From Tubiluchus corallicola (taxonomy: Eukaryota; Animalia; Priapulida), in assembly GCA_030141605.1 (NCBI GenBank), contig JAQGDQ010000013.1:758447-822446 (forward strand): a stretch of 64,000 nt of DNA. Direction: 5' to 3'. A program made the translations under genes and the position numbers. This document shows, piece after piece, positions 54,201-63,200 of this stretch. Position 1 is the first letter of the stretch; each line of letters begins with the position of its first letter. The notes under the pieces were generated by a model that was not told the origin of the DNA, searched no databases, and saw only the letters and a list, made by a program, of their open reading frames with translations.

Positions 54201-57200
54201 AAAACTTGTTACTGTATACTGTACATATTCACTCAAAACACCTAGTCACCTAGTGCTTGAGCTGCAGTTGGTGGTGACCTTGTTTCCCCTGTGAAAAGCA
54301 GCGGGAACTTTAAAAGCAAACCGCTGGTCAAGTGATTAAAAGTTTAGCTTCCAGAAACAACGAGGTTAATTGCAGCGGACAAGCGGGTGACAGATTCAAA
54401 GCAAAACCGCTAAGCTAACATATTAGTGCATGTAATAAATGTACTGCACATGCTTACAAACTGTACCTTGCTGTACTTAATGTGACTGTTTCTACGTATA
54501 TTATAGTGCACAAAACCGATGTAAAGATGACATAAAAGCTGTAAGTTTCTTATTTTAAATAAGCGAAGGAAAAGAATTGAGCCAATTAAGTGGAGTTATT
54601 TGAGTCAATTACCGGCAGTTTTACACACATTTGAATAGGAGCAGTCCGTTCAGACGTTTTTGAATCACTTAGGTGACTGATTCTATTAACCGTGAGTCTA
54701 ACGAACGGCGCCTACTGTATAACATAATGTGTTCTTTTGGTTACCAGATATGAAATACAAAGTTGAAACAAAATGCCTAAGCAATCTGGGAAATCACAAG
54801 TCATGGCATCATAGCTTCAGCTTGATTTCTTTGACTAAAAAACTGAAAGTGACACTGTCATTTGTCACTAACAGCCTGTGATTAAAGACTAAAGATAACT
54901 AGTCAATTATAAGTATGTCTTAGAACTTAAGAACTTAGGAAGTGTTTAAGGGTAAATAAACTAACACTTTAAATATTGACTGGTTTGTTAGAATAGTGGA
55001 GATCAAATTAGAATCAATCACCATTGCAAAATAAGCCTTTTCATAGTTTTGTTGTGCGCACGTGCAGTATCTGTAGGTCAGATGTCAAATGTACAGCAAC
55101 ACATCTTAACTACAACCTTCATGTGACATGTGGGTAAAGCATGGGTAGCAGGATCTTGCTTGGGAACAAGAAAAAATGAACTAGGTAAGGTTCTAGCTAG
55201 CTGTTAAAAACTGTCACTAAGCATGGGTTGCAAAGCATTGTCAAGCGTACGCTAATGTGTTGTGTGGTTAACCTTTGACCTTTTCACGATCATCATCAAT
55301 CATTGGCACTGTGAAAAGGCTTATTGACATGTCATGGTTAAAACGTTTGGCTGGTTTTCTTTCGAAAAGACTCAGAAGTTTAAGAATTTTTAGCTGTTTG
55401 CATCGCAATAATAAAACGGATGTAGTAAGCTTTAGTACACAGTTGATCTCGTACTTACCTATTTTATGTGCTGCACGATATTCCGTATTGAGAGCAACGA
55501 ATTGAGGAATTATATAAGCTAGGAGGTCACTACGAATGTATCCTGAATATCCGCCAACTATAAGTAATATGTTGCCATCACGTATTGCGGAAACATGAGC
55601 ACTTCTGCCGATACCAGGTGGAGTAACTGAAAAACACAGATATCAAATATATGTTTTTTCAACTTTACATGCTCTTGTACCCACAACACAGTCTTATGGA
55701 ATATTTAAAAACCTTCTGAATTGTTCATGATGTTCAATTACATCAACAATTGTGATTAATCTGATAACAAGTACTACAGAGCTGTCATGATACAACCTTT
55801 CGTATGCATAAACTTTTACTTTAGGTTTATAATACAGACATAACTGTCATGATAAGACTTTTTGTATGCATAAATTTTTACTTTAGGTTTATAACACAGA
55901 CAGAACTGTCATGATATGACTTCGTATGCATAAACTTTTACTTTAGGTTTATAACACAGACATAACTGTCATGATACGACTTTTCGTATGCATAAACTTT
56001 TATTTTAGGTTTATAACAGAGACAGAACTGTCATGTACGACTTTTCGTAAGCATAAATTTTTACTTTAGGTTTATAACACAGACAGAACTGTCCAGAACT
56101 GTCATGATACGACTTTTCGTATGCATAAACTTTTACTTTAGGTTTATAACACAGACATAACTGTCATGATACGACTTTTCGTATGCATAAACTTTTACTT
56201 TAGGTTTATAACACAGACAGAACTGTCATGATACGACTTTTCGTATGCATAAACTTTTACTTTAGGTTTATAACACAGACAGAACTGTCATGATACAACT
56301 TTTCGTACGCATAAATTTTCACTTTAGGCTTATAACACAGACTAAATACACACACATTAAATTTCTCTCACAAAAAAAACTACTTCATCGGTATCTACTA
56401 GAGTTGAGATGGTTAGGCTTTTTAACTAACCATTTAATCATTATTAATTACGGTCGGTTAACCGGTTCCGATGACGTCATACATATAAGAACATATTGAA
56501 TACACATGACTTACACGAAATTAAGTGGTGTGGTTCAAACCTAGCATGTGCCGGAGAAAGTGTCCAACATGGCGGCATTTTCATAACATGCACGAATGAA
56601 AGACTTGCAATTTACTGTTTAGATGCTTCGATCTTAGGCAACCAGATTAACCGAAACAATCTTGTAAATAGTACAGTTTTATGTAAGTGTGACATTGCTA
56701 ACTGCATAGGCCAACTCAGAAAAGATACAAAGTTTCATTAATACAGATACATAGAAAACTTGCTCAAATAACGGTTAAATGGCTAGTGATTTTCTAATCA
56801 CTAGCGGTCACTTAAACTGTCTCAGTCCTAATATCAGCATCAGAAAATAAAATATGCTAACAAGTAGGTCACATTGCAGAATATCCCAATTGCAAAAAAA
56901 CGGATAAGATAATGATCAAACTCGAACATTGCAATTAACACACATTAGTAAATATTTAAAACAAGTTAAAGATGTCAGAACATGTCAGCCAATACAAACC
57001 CGTTGGATAGTTATCAGTTTTGAAAGCTCTGGCAAGACGCTGAAAATCTACCCAAACGTGACAACCGAGATGATATACGTGAATGGACGCATCATGGCAG
57101 CCGGCTTGCTCAAAGTCATGATCAAACGCATTACCTCCAAATATTAGCATATAGTTGCCTAAGAAAGATAAGAACAAAAAGATTTAATAATTAATTGCTT

Positions 57201-60200
57201 CATATCAAAAAAATTATAAACCAACATTTCCCATAGCATAAGACGCACATTGCAACAAATATTGTTCATAACGCCTCTTGAGGGCACTGCAGGGAAATTG
57301 TTACTGTAAGCGTTTTTAAACTTTGCTTTAAACTGGTGTGATAGCAGATGTTAACATTCACACATTTTTTGCTTTATCGAAGCAAGGGAGCTCAGTATTT
57401 TCGTCTACTTCTATCCACAGGACCCCAAAGCTCTATAATTAACTCATAACACATCTAAATTTGCGACTTTTAGGGTTTACCAAATTCACATGTACAGGAT
57501 AGTCATTTTCAGTCACTTGACCATGATAGATGTAAGCTTTATGACTTTTATAAACCAAATTAACAGCTATTTCGTCCATTAATTACCTAATAGCATTTGC
57601 AAGTACTGCATGATTATACATTTCTCTTTTTCGACTTTTTTAATTGACTTAGCTCATTACGTTTCAATTTTCGAATATGTAACATGGATTATTAACCGCA
57701 GCATGCAATGTTAACACCGCTACATTAATACAATAATTAACAACAATCTAGAAAACTATAGATGATATAATCTTAGTAAATTATTTGCAAAATATACAGT
57801 AAATCTTATGCTTTTTCTAACAATCAAAGCATACATAATTAATCTGCAGAAATTACTCTAGGAATCAAGGAATTTAAACTAATCACTTGAATGTTTTTCG
57901 GCACTAATTACAAAGCAGCCTAATTTGTAATGCAATGATCCTGAATAAATTTGATGATAAATAAATGATGATAAGAATGATACTAGCTAGCAAAACACAG
58001 CGTTCACCAAACCCGCAGATCAAAACCAATCACTCACTTGCTGCTCACTAGATTTAGAACAAACATCAACTTCTAGTAAAACGATAAGCTGAAATTACCG
58101 ATATGGTTACAAAAAATCTTCTAAAATTAAAAGCATCGCAAGGTGGCATAAAGCAAAGTTTAATATGAAGACATCTTTGTGGAAATATACACTAATATCT
58201 CGGTTTGCCGGACAAAAGCGGGGAGAAGTCGATCTGAATTTGCCGATTGTCTGTATTTTCCAATACTAAACTCATAAAGTAGGCGACGTCTATTAGACTC
58301 ACGGTAATGTAGAATCAATCACCTAACTGTCTCAACAACATCTAGTATTGACTCAAATAACTCCACATAATTGACTCTAAAGCACTTGCACATGCTGATT
58401 AAGCTAATAAACGCGCTGATACACAAGCTACATGTGTGTTGTTACATGCTCTTTGGATGTAAACAAATTGATGACCTGCCAACTAGTGGTCAGGTCAAGA
58501 AAAAACGGAATGTGTCCGTAGTATGCATGACTTTCTACAGACCAGATTTTGTCTGCATTTATTGATGTCCATAAAAGAGTGGTCTGGCAAACCGAGATAT
58601 GAGTGTAATACCATTTAAAAAGAAATACTGTGAAATGCAGCACCAATGCAATTAAAAAATACGTCTGTAAAAAATAAAAGCATTATAAGAGTGTTAAAGT
58701 TTGATGAAGTATAAAAAATTAACATTTTTACCAACAATATGAGCAGTATGAAAAGCCCTAGGCCTCGGTGCATGGAAGCCAGTTTGTTTTCTTTGATAAA
58801 GACTAATACCATCCTCATCATGTAGTAGTGACCAAACATGTTCCTCCGTATGAAACGTCCACAGCTGCGAAACACGTTTCCCAAATTTTGCTAAATGTCG
58901 GTGCGTGGAAAAACCACCAAAAATAATGAGTGATTTAGTTTCCGAGTGATACACTGCGCTATGACCGGCCACGCTATGAAGTTCCGGCTTGCTGTTCCTG
59001 TACACGACACGCTGCCACATAGGTGGCTCCACGTGCAAGTTAATTCTGTACATATCAGAGGAAAACGAACCATTTTCGCGAATGCCACCGTAAACGTAAA
59101 TCCATTCGTTTTTTACTACTGTCATAGAATGATACGCCACGGCTAGCCGTTTCATATCATTAAATGTTACACTTTGTAGTATCCATCTGTTCGTTGATGG
59201 AGTATAAATCCAGAGTTCATTGGAATATCTTCCGCTTGTTAAGATTCCACCAAACATCACAATGCTGCTATGATACTGTACAATGGCGTGGCCATACCTA
59301 CCCTCGGGTAACACGCCTCCTAGTGGCGCCACTGTTGCCCATTGATTTACACTAAAATTGAACACAGATAATTCACTAGAAATGTTGTTTAGAGTATTTC
59401 CACCAAATATCCATATACTATTTGTATAAGGTAAAAACACGCCGGCATGATGAGCACGCGGTGTAAAACCACAGTTAGCACATGTGACATTATGCCACGA
59501 ATTTTGTCCCTCTAGACTATTGGTAGAAATACTGCAATCCTGGCCAACGTAACCTTCATTGCAAATGCACCTAAAATGTAGGAAAATGATAACATTTAGC
59601 ATTAAATGTTTTAGACAGTTTAAAATTACAATTAAACTTAAAAATTGCTAGAAATTTAGCTAGTCAACACAAAATAAAGAAATTTACATTAGTGCACACT
59701 ATCAACAATGAATAAGGAAGGCCGTATAACATACATCGTCTCATCAGTTAGAATTGCCCATTGCCCTAATAACACTATATTAGTTAATACTAACATACTG
59801 TTAACTAATGCTAACAAGCATTAATACAATGTTAACCTAACAGCACTATAGTTAATACTACAAGTGTTACAGCATTTCATTTAACACTTAAGATTGGAAG
59901 TTTCTCACATTATTGCCCAAGTGATTCAGCTGACAACAAAAAATAGCAACTCCCGGAAGGTTTACGATTCCCCACGAACAAGAAATTGGTTCGTGAAGCA
60001 GATTAGGATTAGAGTTGGGGTTGGGTTAGTGTTAGGGCATTTAAATTGTGTGGGAAATTGTAAACTGTTTCCGCAACTCCAATTATATGATGACCTCTGA
60101 TTATTGAGCAGATTTGATACTTGTGTAAAGTAAAACGATGGTACATTGGTACACTGTACAAATTTACAATTCAGAACTTTCAGTTCACGTAAACCTACCT

Positions 60201-63200
60201 TCTTTCATGCAGGTTAATAGAATCATTGCACTTGCCACGATTGAGCAATACACCACAGTCATTTGGACACAATTCTCTATCACAAGCTTCACCCGACCAG
60301 CCGGGAAGGCAACTGCAAATGCCGCTTCTACAGCTGCCGTGGATTCCACAGTTATTCGGACAATCTTCAATCCAGTAAGTAGCTTCAAAACCGTCTAGCA
60401 CATAATTAGTGTCGCTGAATAGGTGCAACAATAACTACAACGTAAAACAATGACTATTATAAACAATGTAAATTCAAGGAAGCAGATTGTTTAGCAATAT
60501 TTAAATATAAGGTGCTGCATGCTACCACAATTTGAAGTGTTTAAAATTTTTTCTTACTTAGCTACTAAATATTATCTGAAAAATCATATCAATTAGTGTA
60601 TACAGAGTGGAAAAAAATAGAATAGTCAACATTTAATTTTACATTTTGCAACAAAAACCATGCTAAAGGAAAACTGGATGATTGATTAGACTAAAAGTTA
60701 TTTTAACTTACTGTCCAAAATATACATTTTCTTTATCTATAAAACTTAGCAATTGTTTCTAATATTTGAATAATTACCTTGGAAAGTTAATTAACGGAAA
60801 CCGAACGCGGCTATCACTTACGTCACAAACTAACCAGAGTTTATGCAATAGTAGGTATCTTCCCCTATGTATCAAGCATGTTTGCGTAAGAGAATATTGC
60901 TATAAGATGCTGATGTTATATCAAGAGAATGACCTTTAAGTCTTATTGGCATTACCAACGAACACTGCAGTTCATGATCATGCTTATCACGGCACGGCAT
61001 CATTTTGTGGGTAACACAAAAGTCATACGATGTCACATTCACATGGCCGACGAATAGGGGCCTTTGACAGTCTTAGCGGATTCACTCAGCCGCGCATACT
61101 TTGAAAGTTTAACAAAATGTAACTATCCGAGGTAATTATTATTTAATCTCAGATTTGATTTAGAAAAAACTGTTGTAGTTTTCAATATTTCAGAATGTAT
61201 TTTATTTTGAACCAATGTTTACACAAATGTTTTATAGGTTTTCCTTTAATGTTTAAATTTGCATTAGTGAACACGGCCACAAAATGTCAAATTAACGTTT
61301 CTACAAATTTTGCAAACAATGAAAGAATAAATAAAAAATGCACAAACAATCACAGTTGCCAATAACAAAACAGTTTTGCTAGCTGTCTGTAACATTAGAA
61401 ACTAAAACAAATTATTTCACTTTGTCCGAAGTACCATTTTTAAATTTTACACACCAAAATTTAGCTGTGAAAATATGTGCTTACGTATCCAGATGTGGCT
61501 GTAAAATGAATCGTTTCAGATGAACCACTGAGAGAAGCCAAAAGGGGAGCACTGTAGGAATTTCCATCGTGCAGAAACAAGTAATCGTACAAACACTCAG
61601 TGTCGAACTTGGTAAATTTTATTGTTATAAATTTCCTAGAACTTGCAGCTGAAAATAATGACATAGAATTTAATATCATCTATTTCATCTGTTATCAAAG
61701 GGAATTAAAATTAGATAAATTCACTCGGTTTGCCGGACAAAAAGTTTTAACATTGTTTTAGGAACTTTTACATATACAGTAGTGAATTTTTCACATTGCA
61801 AAGTTGAAGAAGTAATGCATTCAGAATTCACTACACTAATATCTCAGTTTGCCGGACAAAACGGGGAGACGTCGGTCCGAATTTGCCAATTGTCCGTATT
61901 TACTGATACTAAGCTAATACAGTAGGTGACGTGTATTGCACTTACGGTAATGTAGAACCAATTGCCTAATTGTCTCAAAAATGTCTAGTACAGGCCGCTC
62001 CTATGCAAAAGTGTATAAAAACAGTCGGCAAATGAACCAAAATTATGAATACTAAATCACTTAGACACGCTGATTAAACCACTTAAACATCCTGACATAC
62101 AAGCTACACATGTATCGTTACTCGCTGCTTGATTACACTGATGTAATGATGTAAACAAATGACGGCCCACCAACTAGCGGTCAACTCGCGAAACAACGGA
62201 GTGTCCGTAGTATGCAGGACTTTTCAACGGTACAGATTTTGCCTGATTCTTCCGATATCCGTAAAAGCGAGGTTCGGCAAACCAAGATATGAGTGTACAT
62301 ACATTTCTGCAAATTACTAAATCTTTGTAATTATTTTACTAAGAGGCAAAGCACTGCAAAATAGTTTCAAAAAATATTTCTCATTGTCTTAGGATTATTA
62401 ATTTACAATTTGCAGAGGTCCTGCAAACAGAGATAGGAGTGTTTTTGGTTCGGAGGTGATATTTTTCGGTTACACGGGGAAGTAACCCAATGCTGGCCTG
62501 TACTTGCAGATGAGTCTCAGAACATTACGTAAACTAACTGCTGGCCAAATCCTATAACCTGATGGAAAACAGACTAAAAAAAATCGCTTGTTTTCAATTA
62601 TTTCGATGTCATCGATAAAAAAAAGTGTGGTTACTTTCTTGCTAGGTGCAAAGTCTATAATTGGTCCGTTTCTAGTGAAAGAAACACAACAGAATAATTA
62701 ATGTTATCGTAACCTTATTGATGTAATCATGATCATAATTGTGATTATCATTTTTCAAGGTAATCAGAATCACAGTGTTGTAATTGAGGCTTAATTGTAA
62801 TTAGGGATACTAACGATAATGATACATATTAATAATTAACGTACGCCAAATTTGTATCGTTTAACATCCCTAATTGTAATATTCTGCCTGTAGTTAGCTC
62901 AGGCCTGGCAGCCAGTAGCGAATTTATTACTTAATTTAAGCACAGTGGAAATTACTGTGCCACAGGTTTATTACAGTTTGAATTTGCAAACAATTCTCAC
63001 ACCATTCTATGGTTTACAACACATTTCCATGGAGTGTTTAACTGATTATTGTGTTGGTGTAATCACGTATTTATTTTGTTAAAAAAATGATTAACGAGAT
63101 TACATATCACATTTGGCAGAGAAAAAATGAAATAGTCCATTTGGGCAGAAGGACTTGCCCGTTTTAAGCCCTCTGGACAGATTGACAATTTCGAATTACT

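Noticed and set aside
51445-56341. Tandem arrays as CRISPR-like loci
   Set aside because: Units are contiguous without unique spacers, there are no cas genes, and the context is eukaryotic introns.
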